A stretch of DNA of 60,360 bases. Origin: an uncultured Desulfobacterales bacterium. GTDB taxonomy: Bacteria > Desulfobacterota > Desulfobacteria > Desulfobacterales > C00003060. How positions within the stretch are numbered: the stretch's first letter is position 1; every line of letters begins with the position of its first letter. The notes under the pieces are model-generated. The model was not told the origin of the DNA. It did not search any database and saw nothing but the letters and a program-made list of their open reading frames with translations. The translations under genes were made by a program, and so were the position numbers. Where the stretch lies: NCBI GenBank assembly GCA_964502635.1, contig CAZCXI010000002.1:1-60360 (forward strand), given 5' to 3'. Positions 8,485 to 18,804 of the stretch are shown piece by piece.

Positions 8485-11298
8485 CCGTAGTGCTTCGCGC
8501 AAGAATCGACCGGTATGGGAATCCGCAAGTTGTGCGATCTCCTCCGGCCGACCGCACCCCACGACCCGGCCCCCCTCATCCCCTCCCTCGGGACCGAGGT
8601 CAATGACCTGATCAGCGGATTTGATCACATCCATGTTGTGCTCAATGACGATGATCGTGTTGCCCGCATCAGCCAACCGGTTGAGAACATCAAGGAGTTT
8701 TTGAATATCGGCGAAATGGAGCCCCGTGGTTGGTTCATCCAGGATGTAGACCGTTCGCCCCGTGCCTCGCTTGCTCAGTTCTCTCGACAGCTTAAGGCGT
8801 TGGGCCTCGCCCCCGGAAAGGATCGTGGCAGGCTGCCCCAGGTGGATGTAGCCGAGGCCGACGTCGGCCAAGGTCTCCAGTTTGGTCCTTATGTTTCTGA
8901 CCCTGCCAAAGAATTCCATGGCCTGGTTGACGGTCATATCCAGCACATCCGCAATGTCCTTGCCCTTGTACCTTATCTCCATGGTTTCCCGGTTGTAACG
9001 CTTGCCCCGGCACACATCGCAGGTGACAAAGACATCAGGCAGAAAATGCATCTCGATCTTCATGATCCCGTCCCCGCGACACGCCTCACACCGGCCCCCC
9101 TTGACATTGAAGCTGAATCGTCCTGGTTTGTACCCTCGCATCCTGGCGTCTGGCGTTCTGGCAAACAGCTCCCGAATAGGCGTAAATAGCCCGGTATAGG
9201 TGGCCGGATTGGAGCGCGGCCTTCGTCCTATAGGAGACTGGTCTATGTGAACAACACCGTCGACCTTTTCAAGGCCGGTGAGCCGGCTGTACTTTGCTGC
9301 ACCTTTCCTGGCATGATAGAAGCGCCGAGCCAAGGCCCTGTAAAGGGTTTCAATGACCAAGGTCGACTTGCCTGAGCCGGACACCCCGGTCACACATACC
9401 AAGCATCCCAGGGGAAAGCGAACGGTGATGTCCTTAAGGTTATGTGCACAGGCCCCTTCAAGGGTCAGGCAGCCCTTTGTGGCGGGACGGCGCCTGGATG
9501 GCAAGGGTATGGTCCTTCGACCGGACAGGTACTGGCCTGTGATAGACGTCTCATGCTCAAGGAGCGCGGATGGTGGTCCGCTGAAGACCAGCTTTCCCCC
9601 TTTGATGCCGGCTTCGGGCCCCATGTCGATGACATGGTCGGCCGACAGGATGGTCTCTTGATCGTGCTCTACCACTAAGACGGTATTACCCAGATCACGC
9701 ATGTATTGAAGCGTCGACAAGAGTCTTTGATTGTCCCGCTGGTGGAGTCCGACACTAGGCTCGTCGAGCACGTAAAGAACGCCGGTCAGCTTGGAGCCGA
9801 TCTGGGTCGCAAGCCGTATACGCTGCCATTCCCCTGCCGAAAGCGTGGCTGATGCACGATCCAGCGTAAGATATCCCAATCCGACCCGGGTCAAAAACAG
9901 GAGCCTTTCGCCGACCTCCTTCACGATACCCTTTGCAATGGTGTTTTCTCGAGGGCTGAGCCGGAGGGAATCGAAAAATCCGATCAACTGGCTGATGGAA
10001 CGTGTGCTCACTTCATTGATAGACTCGCCTCCCAACTTGACGGCAAGGCTCTCCGGCCTAAGGCGTGCCCCATGACAATCAGGGCACGGACGTATGTCCA
10101 TGAACCGTTCAATCTCTTCTCGCACCGGCTGTGACGAGGTTTCCCTGTAACGGCGCTCAAGACTCGGGATGACCCCTTCAAAGGGCCTGCTATAGGTGTA
10201 GCGCCTGCCGTCCCGCTCCAGATAGAAGGCAATCGGTTCGCCCTTGGAGCCGTAAAGCAAGAGCTGCTCAAGGGGTTCTGAAAAATCCTTATAAGGCGTA
10301 TAGATGTCCACTCGATATTGGCGCGTGATGGCATCTAATACCTGGAAAAAATAAACCGAGTGGCGATTCTCCCATGGGGCGATGGCCCCGTTACGCAGGG
10401 AGCGTTCGGGATCAGGCACGATGAGGTCAGGATCAAGGATCTTCATGGAACCGAGCCCGTTACAGGTCGGGCATGCTCCATGAGGACTGTTAAAAGAAAA
10501 GCTGGCCGGCGTCCATGGAGGATAGCTCATGCCGCAAAGCAGGCAGGCGGCCTTTTCGCTGAAAACAAGCGGCTGTGCGCCCAAGACATCCACGCTGACA
10601 AGGCCTTCTGAAAGCCCGATAGCCAGTTCAAGGGAGTCAGCCAATCGATTCCGAACCGGGTCTTTAACGACCAGGCGGTCTACCACCACCTTCACCGTGT
10701 GGCTGGTATTTTTATCCAGTGAAAGGGTGTCGTCCAGGCTGAATGTCTCACCATCTACCTGAACACGGGCAAACCCCTCTCTTCTTAGCCTCTGAAACAG
10801 CCGTTGATGGGTCCCCTTCTGGTCGGTCACAACCGGAGACAGGATGATGACCTTGGTGCCCGGCTCAAGGGCCATGACCCGGTCTACCATTTGCTGCACG
10901 GTCTGGGTCGTAATAGACCGCCCACAGCGGTGGCAGTGGGGTATGCCGATACGGGCAAAAAGAACGCGGAGATAATCATGAATCTCGGTCACGGTTCCCA
11001 CGGTGGATCGCGGGTTTTTGGTGGTCGATTTTTGCTCAATGGCGATGGCGGGTGACAGGCCTTCAATGGTGTCCACATCCGGCTTGTCCATGCGCTCCAG
11101 GAACTGGCGCGCATAGGCGGAAAGGGATTCTACATATCGACGCTGACCTTCGGCATACAGCGTGTCAAAGGCGAGCGTGGATTTGCCGGACCCGGAAAGA
11201 CCCGTGATCACCACGAGTCGATTCCGGGGGATGTCCACGTTGATATTCTTGAGGTTGTGCTGGCGCGCGCCGCGCACGATGATCTTGTCAAGAGACAT
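8473..11298 (-). CDS. uvrA: excinuclease ABC subunit A
   Basis: Two ABC modules ([18 protein letters not shown]), zinc-finger CxxC pairs, and a [16 protein letters not shown]-terminus. The open frame extends to 11340. Confidence 0.97.
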   Translation of the reverse strand: MSLDKIIVRGARQHNLKNINVDIPRNRLVVITGLSGSGKSTLAFDTLYAEGQRRYVESLSAYARQFLERMDKPDVDTIEGLSPAIAIEQKSTTKNPRSTVGTVTEIHDYLRVLFARIGIPHCHRCGRSITTQTVQQMVDRVMALEPGTKVIILSPVVTDQKGTHQRLFQRLRREGFARVQVDGETFSLDDTLSLDKNTSHTVKVVVDRLVVKDPVRNRLADSLELAIGLSEGLVSVDVLGAQPLVFSEKAACLLCGMSYPPWTPASFSFNSPHGACPTCNGLGSMKILDPDLIVPDPERSLRNGAIAPWENRHSVYFFQVLDAITRQYRVDIYTPYKDFSEPLEQLLLYGSKGEPIAFYLERDGRRYTYSRPFEGVIPSLERRYRETSSQPVREEIERFMDIRPCPDCHGARLRPESLAVKLGGESINEVSTRSISQLIGFFDSLRLSPRENTIAKGIVKEVGERLLFLTRVGLGYLTLDRASATLSAGEWQRIRLATQIGSKLTGVLYVLDEPSVGLHQRDNQRLLSTLQYMRDLGNTVLVVEHDQETILSADHVIDMGPEAGIKGGKLVFSGPPSALLEHETSITGQYLSGRRTIPLPSRRRPATKGCLTLEGACAHNLKDITVRFPLGCLVCVTGVSGSGKSTLVIETLYRALARRFYHARKGAAKYSRLTGLEKVDGVVHIDQSPIGRRPRSNPATYTGLFTPIRELFARTPDARMRGYKPGRFSFNVKGGRCEACRGDGIMKIEMHFLPDVFVTCDVCRGKRYNRETMEIRYKGKDIADVLDMTVNQAMEFFGRVRNIRTKLETLADVGLGYIHLGQPATILSGGEAQRLKLSRELSKRGTGRTVYILDEPTTGLHFADIQKLLDVLNRLADAGNTIIVIEHNMDVIKSADQVIDLGPEGGDEGGRVVGCGRPEEIAQLADSHTGRFLREALRSLV

Positions 11299-11357
11299 AA
11301 GCTGATTTACACGTGATTCATGCGGCTTTCGGAGATCCAAATCATATAATCAGGATC

Positions 11358-11458
11358 ATTTCCAAAAGAGTTGCTGGGACCATAAGGGTTCAAGGATTCA
11401 AGGGTTCAAGTAAAATGCTTGAAGAAAAGCACTCGACCCCTTGAACCCTCGAACCCTT
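11358..11458. repeat. mosaic REP-like repeat: module X plus inverted GGTTCAAGG-type heptad arms
   Basis: TTTCCAAAAGAGTTGCTGGGACCATAAGG is shared with the reverse complement of 38409..38439. AAGGGTTCAAGGATTCAAGGGTTCAAG faces CTTGAACCCTCGAACCCTT. The same heptad motif occurs at 38266..38296. Confidence 0.6.
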
Positions 11459-11580
11459 TGCATCAACTAATCGGGAGAAGAACCTATAATCAAAACAAGC
11501 CGGGCCGGCTCCGTCATGTTGGGCGAAATGAACGGCAATGTTCATATATTGTATCGGAAATCCGCTATCGTCAACCGATA

Positions 11581-11697
11581 TTGAAGCTCCCTGTAGCAAG
11601 CTACGGGGAATCTTCACCGTAAGGAACGCTGACTTTTTTGGATGCGCTCGCTAACCCCGCCGCAAGCAGCGGGGGATGCGCTCGTTTTTGCGGTTCA
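11581..11697 (+). repeat. about 119-nt double-hairpin REP-like unit (copy A)
   Basis: TTGAAGCTCCCTGTAGCAAGCTACGGGGAATCTTC...GCGCTCGCTAACCCCGCCGCAAGCAGCGGGGGATGCGCTCG...GCGGTTCA matches the reverse complement of 38290..38408 and 38513..38631. Confidence 0.7.
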
Positions 11698-11947
11698 TGG
11701 ACATCCATACGCTTTCGGATGGGAGGCGGGGTATCTCCGTAATCCAAGGCAGACCATGCCGCTGTTGCTTTGTCACGGTTGAAATACTGAGAAAAAACGA
11801 GTAGTATCAAAAAGGTGGTTTGAGATAAGTATGATTCACAAGAGCGGTTTGACTGGATATTGGAACAAAGACGCTTTGTTTGACAAGTGGCACCGGGTTG
11901 GTAAACGCTAAACCGTTGCGGAGCTGTGAGGCCCGAAAGGAGGCAAC

Positions 11948-12397
11948 ATGAACAAGAAAATACTGGCAGCCATGATTTTGTCATTGGTCACCCTGTCCTG
12001 CTCTGCGAAGAAGCTTCCTGTAACCGGGGGCGACTACGTTGGATCGGATGCGGCCAAAATAGTGGTGATACGGGAGGCTTCGACCAGCAAGTGCCCGGCG
12101 TACGTGAGAGTGGACGGCGAGGTCGTTTGCCCGTTACCCAAAGGCGGCAATTGGTCCAGGTTTACTTTGGAGCCTGGATTGCACAAGTTCGAGGCGTTTT
12201 GCAGCGAGCGCGGAGCCAAGTGGGAGCCGAAGACCTTCAAAATCGAAGCCGGCATCACGCACTACTTCAAGGTCCACCACCGCCTGGCAGAGTTCGCGGC
12301 GCCGAAGATGCGCATCTCACAGATTACAGAAGTTGAGGCGAGCAACCTGATGGGCCTGAAGAAAAAGTACAAGTATGTTCCACCCCGAGGAGAATAA
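11948..12397 (+). CDS. lipoprotein, hypothetical (DUF2846-like by recollection)
   Basis: Signal peptide with lipobox (LVTLSC). 149 aa. Confidence 0.55.
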   Translation: MNKKILAAMILSLVTLSCSAKKLPVTGGDYVGSDAAKIVVIREASTSKCPAYVRVDGEVVCPLPKGGNWSRFTLEPGLHKFEAFCSERGAKWEPKTFKIEAGITHYFKVHHRLAEFAAPKMRISQITEVEASNLMGLKKKYKYVPPRGE

Positions 12398-12534
12398 GAC
12401 TGAAGGGAAGGCAAACTCGGCCGGGATGTCTTTGAGAAAGTAAAGAAATGGCGATTTCAAAAACACTGTTCAGGCAAAGCCCTATGACTCTGACCTAGCC
12501 CAAAGGGCCCGGGTCTTGAGACCGTACTCAACGG

Positions 12535-13389
12535 TTACTTTTCTTTCTTGATTGCCTGCAATCCTTTTTCGATCAGGGCACTAAACCCTTCAATGGTTCT
12601 TTGTCTCAAGAGCCTTCCGTTTACAAATACGGTGGGTGCTCCTCTCACCCCGGCTTTCTTCCCGTCCTGGATATCCTGGCTGATCTTAGCCGATATCTTA
12701 GGATCCTTCATGTCCTTCTGAAGTTTGTCCTGATTCAAGTTCAACTCACGCGTAATTTCCTGGATTTTCTTGTCATTGAGTTTGCTGAAATTCTTAAACA
12801 GGCGGGCCTGAAACTCCCAGAACCTCCCCTGGCTATTGGCAGCAAGGGCAGCCGCCGCGGCCATCCTGGCATATTTATGGTTTCTCAGTGGAAAATTCTT
12901 ATACACCAGTTTCACTTGGTCGGGATACTTAGCGAGCACCTGCTCGAGTAAAGGCAATAGCCTTGCACAGTACGGTCATTGAAAATCGCTGAAAACAGTG
13001 ATCACTACAGGGCCATCGGCCGGTCCCTTGAAGGGAGAATCTGAGACATCGATGTCATAGATGAACTCAATATGAATCTGTTGAATCGTCTTGTCCTTCC
13101 GGCTGGTGACGAAAAGGATGTCCTCCTTCGGGCCGGCCTTGATAGCATCTATATGGTTTCCGACCGTAATGCTGTCTTTCAGCTTGCCGTCCGCCGAGTA
13201 GATAAGGATGTTACTTTTGTCGGTAAGCACAAAAATCCACCGCCCATTGGCCGAAAATGCTACGTCGCATGGAGATTTCTCTAACTTCAATGTGTTGTGT
13301 ACGTCCCATTCGACTGAAGCCATACTGCCACTGATCAGAGCCAGGCCAATAACCCATATCACCGCCAACGTAACGCACTTGCTTTTCAC
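12535..13389 (-). CDS. secreted DsbA-family thiol:disulfide oxidoreductase with predicted selenocysteine (U-P-Y-C) encoded by in-frame TGA at 12976-12978
   Basis: ORFs 12976..13467 and 12535..12957 are in the same frame and separated only by TGA. The junction reads VFSDFQ-U-PYCARLL, which is the thioredoxin-fold CPYC position. RBS AAGGAGGGAGG plus GTG at 13389, followed by a signal peptide. Confidence 0.72.
12933..12975 (-). promoter_or_regulatory. candidate bacterial SECIS region downstream of the UGA
   Basis: On the mRNA: AAGGC-UAUU-GCCUU, then CGAGC-AGGU-GCUCG. The second loop lies about 37 nt after the UGA and contains G and U. The fold was not computed. Confidence 0.35.
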
Positions 13390-13783
13390 GTTAAGACCTC
13401 CCTCCTTGATGGCTGTTAGTAAGGTTGCTAGCAGCATGCACCCTGACAACCCGGACTCCTGGGACATTCGCGCGGGGTCAACGCGGGTGTGGCTGACCTG
13501 GTAGCTTTTGTCACAATGACGGACGCGATGTCAATAAGATAGACGCCACGGGATCTCTTGAGTTTTTCAAAAGAAACCTATATGGTTTTGCCGACAGGCG
13601 GAGCATCTTTCGTGGTCCCGGTTGGACTCAGTACCATACCGGCAGGCAGGGTTGAGCCTTGACAGCCCGGCAACGAACGCCGCCATGTCGGGGACGGCCA
13701 TTTGTATCTCAATGTCTGGCGGGAGCGAATTCGCCCGCCGGGTATTTTGCTTATGTTCAATCCAATGCTGGAAAACAGTAGCT

Positions 13784-14710
13784 ATGCCAACTAGTTATCT
13801 GGAATGGACCGATGAAAACGGCCAGGTTTGTCACCTGGAAGTCGTTGACAAGATTTTTGTTGGACGCAGTTGCCGGGGCATTGAAGAATCAAAACGGATT
13901 ATTGTCAAAGATCCCGGAGTATCCCGGGATCATGCCATCATTAGCATGAGTGGTTCAGGTCTTCAGATCACAGACATGAGCAAAAATGGTGTCTGGATAA
14001 ATGATGTACGGGTGGCGCCCGGTTCATCACAGGACTTGAACCACGGCGATGTCATCCGGGTGGGGAACGCCTTGCTCTATGTGAGATGTCCATGTCCTGG
14101 GCCCATTGAGGCAGATATGGACAGTACGAGGAGCGGGCCCATTGAAATGGTAGTGACCAGCCTGGTTGCTGATGTGAGAGGATTTTCAGCCTTGTCACAA
14201 AGGCAGGATTCGTCTGAGGTCTATGCCTTGATGAAGGATATCTTTGAGACGTTTACAGGGATCGTATGTGATTTCAAAGGCACGATTAAGGACTACGTTG
14301 GTGACGCGGTTTACGCCTTCTGGGATCATGGCTTTCAACCGCGCCAGGAACAGGCTCTGTTGGCCTGCCGCGCAGCGCTTAAACAGTTGAAAACTCTAGA
14401 CCAAATGCGCTCCTCCACGTCGTCCGGCAGATATGTGGCTGTCGAGGGTTTGCCCATGGGGTGGGGGATCACGACCGGCAGGGTGACCATGGCGCACTAC
14501 AGTTCGAGGGTCGCTGATTTGGCCCTGGTAGGAGACGCCACCAATCTGGCGTTCCGCTTGTCCGGTATGGCGAACAAAGATCTTTCCAGTCCAATTGTCA
14601 TCTGCTCTCAGACTGCCGACCTGGTGCAAGACACCCTGTCGCTGGTTGATCTCGGATGCTCCGCTGTCCGAGGGCGCAGGGGGCGGGAACATCTTTACGG
14701 AATCAGGTAG
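13784..14710 (+). CDS. FHA-domain protein fused to a class III adenylate/guanylate cyclase domain
   Basis: FHA-like N-terminus (FVGRS...VSRDHAII...GLQITDMSKNGVWIN) and a cyclase core (SLVADVRGFSALS...VGDAVYAFW). ATG 13784 is internal to ORF 13622..14710. Confidence 0.85.
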   Translation: MPTSYLEWTDENGQVCHLEVVDKIFVGRSCRGIEESKRIIVKDPGVSRDHAIISMSGSGLQITDMSKNGVWINDVRVAPGSSQDLNHGDVIRVGNALLYVRCPCPGPIEADMDSTRSGPIEMVVTSLVADVRGFSALSQRQDSSEVYALMKDIFETFTGIVCDFKGTIKDYVGDAVYAFWDHGFQPRQEQALLACRAALKQLKTLDQMRSSTSSGRYVAVEGLPMGWGITTGRVTMAHYSSRVADLALVGDATNLAFRLSGMANKDLSSPIVICSQTADLVQDTLSLVDLGCSAVRGRRGREHLYGIR

Positions 14711-14779
14711 AAGGGTTGCCAAAGAATAGATGCTAGTGCTATAGGACCCTGCACGAGGCGAGGCTGAGAGACACCACAC

Positions 14780-15418
14780 ATGAAATGCCCGAAATGCCAA
14801 TCTGAACTCTTTGAGAAGGCAAAATTCTGCCCTGAGTGCGGTAACCCAGTCGGATCAGACGAACAGGGTCGGTTCCGTGCGAACACCTTGTCGCCCTTGG
14901 CCGGAGAGAAAATCACGGGCACGAGCAGTGCTGGCGAAGCGTTGGGAACCCCCACTGGCCTAAAACGGACGTTGTCTACGGAACTGGTTGGCACACACGC
15001 TGAAAGGGATACGTCCGTTGAGCTGAATGCATTAGTCGAAAGCCAAACATGGGAAGCGGGAGAAATTATTATACGGAACGGAGACAGGAACAGGGACCTT
15101 CTTTTCCTGATCAAGGGTCATGTTGAAATATTAACGAGCCCGGAGGGTGGGGATCTTGTACTCAATGAAGTTGACGCCCCGCACATCCTCGGAGATATCG
15201 CCTTTCTTTCCGGCCTTCCCAGAACGGCTACCGTCATGGCAAAAACGCACGTGAACGCTTTCGTCTTAAGATATGATAACTTCAAAAAACTGTTTGGAGA
15301 ATTTCCCGAGTGGCTTCATCTTCTCTTAAGTTCCTTTACGAGTGGCATCAAGTCACTTCACTATAAGATCGCAGAACTGGAAGGACAAGCTGAAGCCCTT
15401 AAAAACCGTTCGGACTGA
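14780..15418 (+). CDS. zinc-ribbon plus cyclic-nucleotide-binding domain protein
   Basis: N-terminal CPKC...CPEC, then a cNMP-binding fold (IIIRNGDRNRDLLFLIKGHVEI...GDIAFLSGLPRTATVMA). Confidence 0.8.
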   Translation: MKCPKCQSELFEKAKFCPECGNPVGSDEQGRFRANTLSPLAGEKITGTSSAGEALGTPTGLKRTLSTELVGTHAERDTSVELNALVESQTWEAGEIIIRNGDRNRDLLFLIKGHVEILTSPEGGDLVLNEVDAPHILGDIAFLSGLPRTATVMAKTHVNAFVLRYDNFKKLFGEFPEWLHLLLSSFTSGIKSLHYKIAELEGQAEALKNRSD

Positions 15419-15478
15419 GATTGCGGCCCGAACCCGATATGCCGGACAACCTCTTTCATTTTGTAGGGTACAAGGGCA

Positions 15479-16702
15479 GTGGAAACCCCATTGATCGAAT
15501 TCAGGAACGTCAGCAAGCGTTTTGGAGACCGAACGATTCTGGATGACGTGAATGCGCAGATTTTCGAGGGCCACGTAACGACCATTATAGGCAAGAGCGG
15601 AGGCGGCAAGAGCGTACTCCTCAAACACATCATAGGCCTGCTCTCGCCCACTGAGGGAACCATCCTGTTTCGCGGCAGGTCTGTTGATGAGATGAGCAAG
15701 ACGGACTGGGACGTCTTCAGGAGTCAGTTCAGCTACTGCTTCCAGAATAACGCCCTTTTCGATTCGCTTACGGTCTTCGAGAATATTGCGTTGCCGCTGC
15801 AGCAAACGACCAAGTTGACCAAGAGAGAAATTGACAGCAGAGTTATGGAGAAAGTGGATCACCTCGACCTTGCCGAAGTCCCGCACAAATACCCGTCTGA
15901 ACTCTCTGGCGGGATGCAGAAGCGGGTGGCTTTGGCTCGTGCGCTGGTCACAGATCCCAGTATTGTTCTTTTTGACGAGCCCAGCACCGGCCAGGACCCG
16001 ATCAGAAAGAATGCCATCTTGAGCATGATAGTGCAGAACCAGGAAAGGTTTGGATTCACGACCATCATGATCAGTCATGATGTTCCGGACGTCTTCTTCA
16101 TTTCAGACCGCATACTCGTTCTCTACGAGAAACAGATCGTTTTTCAGGGCACGTATAACGAACTTGACCAGTTCGAACATCCCATGGTCGACGAATTCGT
16201 CAAGAGCCTTGAAGGCATCCGGGACGAACTCACTGGTCTGCGTTCAAAAAACAGTTTCATGAAGCTCTATGAAGATGTGAGGGACAAAGCACCGCATGAG
16301 AGCACTATCGTGGCCACGTTTGCCCTTGACGACACGGATCGGCTCAGTGAAGAACTGGGACACACACAGGTACAGGGGATCATTCAGAGCCTCGGGGAAT
16401 GCGTGAACAGACACTTTGGGGATGCCGGGATTTCTACCCGGATCGGAAGAAATCAGATAGCAACGATCCTTCAATGCTCGGACCCGGACAAGGCCGAGCT
16501 TGTGCTGGACGATTTCGCCGGCAAGCTTCAGGACAAGGGATTGGGCGCCTTTGAGGGTGAAGTCCACGCCAACGTCGATTCGCTGAAACCCTATTCGTTT
16601 TCGGTCTCTGTTGGACTGGCCGAAGCCAATCCCGGCGAGGACATACAGGTTACCGCGAAAAGGGCAGGATCGAGGACGAAAAAAATAAAACTGACACATT
16701 AG
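15479..16702 (+). CDS. mlaF: MlaF-like ABC ATPase with a roughly 150-aa C-terminal degenerate GGDEF-like domain (paralog 1)
   Basis: Walker A GKSGGGKS, signature LSGGMQKRV, Walker B IVLFDEP. The C-terminus begins LTGLRSKNSF and has RIGRNQIA where GGDEF would be. Confidence 0.85.
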   Translation: METPLIEFRNVSKRFGDRTILDDVNAQIFEGHVTTIIGKSGGGKSVLLKHIIGLLSPTEGTILFRGRSVDEMSKTDWDVFRSQFSYCFQNNALFDSLTVFENIALPLQQTTKLTKREIDSRVMEKVDHLDLAEVPHKYPSELSGGMQKRVALARALVTDPSIVLFDEPSTGQDPIRKNAILSMIVQNQERFGFTTIMISHDVPDVFFISDRILVLYEKQIVFQGTYNELDQFEHPMVDEFVKSLEGIRDELTGLRSKNSFMKLYEDVRDKAPHESTIVATFALDDTDRLSEELGHTQVQGIIQSLGECVNRHFGDAGISTRIGRNQIATILQCSDPDKAELVLDDFAGKLQDKGLGAFEGEVHANVDSLKPYSFSVSVGLAEANPGEDIQVTAKRAGSRTKKIKLTH

Positions 16703-16734
16703 GGCTATGAAGGACAGAGATAGGGCTGAATGAC

Positions 16735-17550
16735 ATGGGAATGCAATCGTCAGATCCCGAAAAGACTCTCCTGGCGCCTTTTGCGCTACTGGGTCGGACC
16801 GTCACGGGTTGGGTGAATGAACTTGGGGCCGTAGCTATCTTTCTATGGAGGGCCTTTGTCATGATCTTCAGGCCCAGGCAGGTTTCCAGCATCATTCAAC
16901 AAGTCTACTATATCGGGGCCAAATCCACGACTATTGTCATGCTGGTGGCACTTTTTACGGGTATGGTCCTGGGGCTGCAACTCTACTACGCTTTGGTCCA
17001 ATTTGGCTCGGAGGGGGTCCTGGGCACCACCATATCTCTCTCGCTGGTCAGGGAACTAGGGCCCGTGCTGGCGGCCATCATGATTACGGCTCGGGCAGGT
17101 TCCTCCATGGCTACGGAAGTGGGCATCCAGCGTATCTCTGAGCAGATCGACGCCCTCTATACCATGCGCATCGATTCGTTGCGCTACCTGGTAAGCCCTA
17201 GAATTGCTGCCTCGGTCATCAGCTTTCCCCTGCTGACGGCCGTATTCGACCTGATCGGGATTGTTGGCGGATACATCAGTGCTGTCTTGCTCCTGGGCCT
17301 CAACGCCGGCACATACTTACATGGCGTGCAATCCGGCGTGGAGATGAAAGACATCACCGGTGGCTTTGTGAAGTCTATTGTCTTTGCCATTATTGTTTCC
17401 ACGATTTGCTGCTTTCAGGGCTATTTCACGCACATGCGCAGGGATAGCTACGGCGCGAAAGCAGTTGGACTCTCCACCACGTCGGCCGTTGTGCTGTCGT
17501 GCGTCCTTATCTTGGTGGCAGACTATGTTGTGACGTCTTTTCTCATGTAA
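16735..17550 (+). CDS. mlaE: MlaE-type ABC permease
   Basis: 271-aa multi-TM protein with MlaE family conservation (LVRELGPVLAAIMITARAGS). Confidence 0.9.
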   Translation: MGMQSSDPEKTLLAPFALLGRTVTGWVNELGAVAIFLWRAFVMIFRPRQVSSIIQQVYYIGAKSTTIVMLVALFTGMVLGLQLYYALVQFGSEGVLGTTISLSLVRELGPVLAAIMITARAGSSMATEVGIQRISEQIDALYTMRIDSLRYLVSPRIAASVISFPLLTAVFDLIGIVGGYISAVLLLGLNAGTYLHGVQSGVEMKDITGGFVKSIVFAIIVSTICCFQGYFTHMRRDSYGAKAVGLSTTSAVVLSCVLILVADYVVTSFLM

Positions 17551-17556
17551 GGGTCC

Positions 17557-18798
17557 ATGACAAACCATCCCTTGATCGAATTTAGAGACGTCACGAAGCG
17601 CTTTGGGGAGCGTACCATACTGCACAAGGTCAATCTGAAGATCTACGATGGCGATGTAACCACCATCATTGGCAAAAGCGGTGTGGGTAAGAGCGTGCTG
17701 CTCAAGCACATCATCGGGCTCTTAAAGCCGGATGAAGGTAGCGTTCTGTTTCAGGGCGAACCCATCGACAAGATGACGAAGGTTGAATGGAATGAATATG
17801 TCACTCGGATAAGTTACATGTTTCAAAACAACGCCCTTTTCGATTCGATGACGGTCTTTGAAAATGTGGCCATGCCCCTGCGACAAACCACTAGATTGAG
17901 CGAGAAAGAAATCAAAGAGAAGGTCATGGCCCGGGTTGAGCAAACAGAGCTGATGCCGGTGGTGAACAAATACCCGTCGGAGCTTTCAGGGGGGATGCAA
18001 AAGCGGGTGGCCCTGAGTCGGGCCCTGGTGACTGATCCGAAGATTGTCCTTTTCGACGAGCCGACGACCGGCCAGGATTTGATCCGGAGAAATGCTATAT
18101 TGGGGATGATCGCTGAATGCCACAAGAGCTTCGGGTTCACCGCTATCTTGATCAGCCACGATCTGCCTGACGTTTTCTTTATCTCAAACCGCATTATCGC
18201 CCTGGATAAAGGAGAGGTTGTCTTCGAGGGCACACCGGAAGAACTGGAAAACTTCGAACATCCTTTTCTGGATGAATTCATTGATAGCCTGGAAGGATTC
18301 CAGGAACACCTGACCGGCCTTTACTCCAGGCGAAATTTTAGGGTGCGATATCAAAAGCAAATAGGCCAAAAACACGCTGATGAAACATTCGTGCTACTCA
18401 CCTTTTCTGTAGAAGACATAGGACTGGTGGGTACCACTCTGGGGCAAGAAACGTCACAAAAACTGATCAGGGCCTTGGGCATATACTTGAATAAACACTT
18501 TGGCTCGGTAGGGGGATTCTCGACGCGGCAAAACACCGAGCAGTTTGTCACCGTGCTGCCGTTTTCGGATCTCAATGAAGCGCAGAAGATTCTGGACGAT
18601 TTTGCCACGGATCTTGTGGAACGGGGGTTGTCCAATATTCAAACCAGTGCCCAGATTCCTGAAGGAGAATGCTTCGACTTTTCCATCTCTGCCGGGCTGG
18701 CCGAGGGTAAGCAGAACGAGGAAATTGGTTCGGTATTGGAACGGGCCGGGGCTCAACGGAAAACCATTGCACGATTTCAATGTGACAAGCGGAGGTAG
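17557..18798 (+). CDS. mlaF: MlaF-like ABC ATPase with a C-terminal degenerate GGDEF-like domain (paralog 2)
   Basis: GKSGVGKS, LSGGMQKRV, IVLFDEP. The C-terminus begins LTGLYSRRNF and has RQNTEQF at the GGDEF position. Confidence 0.85.
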   Translation: MTNHPLIEFRDVTKRFGERTILHKVNLKIYDGDVTTIIGKSGVGKSVLLKHIIGLLKPDEGSVLFQGEPIDKMTKVEWNEYVTRISYMFQNNALFDSMTVFENVAMPLRQTTRLSEKEIKEKVMARVEQTELMPVVNKYPSELSGGMQKRVALSRALVTDPKIVLFDEPTTGQDLIRRNAILGMIAECHKSFGFTAILISHDLPDVFFISNRIIALDKGEVVFEGTPEELENFEHPFLDEFIDSLEGFQEHLTGLYSRRNFRVRYQKQIGQKHADETFVLLTFSVEDIGLVGTTLGQETSQKLIRALGIYLNKHFGSVGGFSTRQNTEQFVTVLPFSDLNEAQKILDDFATDLVERGLSNIQTSAQIPEGECFDFSISAGLAEGKQNEEIGSVLERAGAQRKTIARFQCDKRR

Positions 18799-18804
18799 AG
18801 GCAA

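Noticed and set aside
8515-11055. Many ORFs of 60-220 aa antisense to, or out of frame within, uvrA, eno, the kinases, the TonB receptor and others (for example 8515..9189, 1293..1715, 28562..29266, 39082..39660).
   Set aside because: These are shadow ORFs typical of GC-rich coding DNA. They have Arg/Pro/Gly-rich low-complexity translations and are fully nested in strongly supported genes.
11385-11458. GGTTCAAGG and GGTTCGAGGG strings resembling tRNA T-arm sequence (also at 38266-38296).
   Set aside because: No acceptor, D or anticodon arms can be built. The motif is a tandem or inverted heptad of the repeat family.
11390-11984. ORFs 11390..11617, 11419..11622 and 11601..11984 near uvrA.
   Set aside because: They read through REP-like hairpin modules, and the same peptide strings (LKLPVASY.ESS) appear wherever the repeat occurs. 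There are no coding signals.
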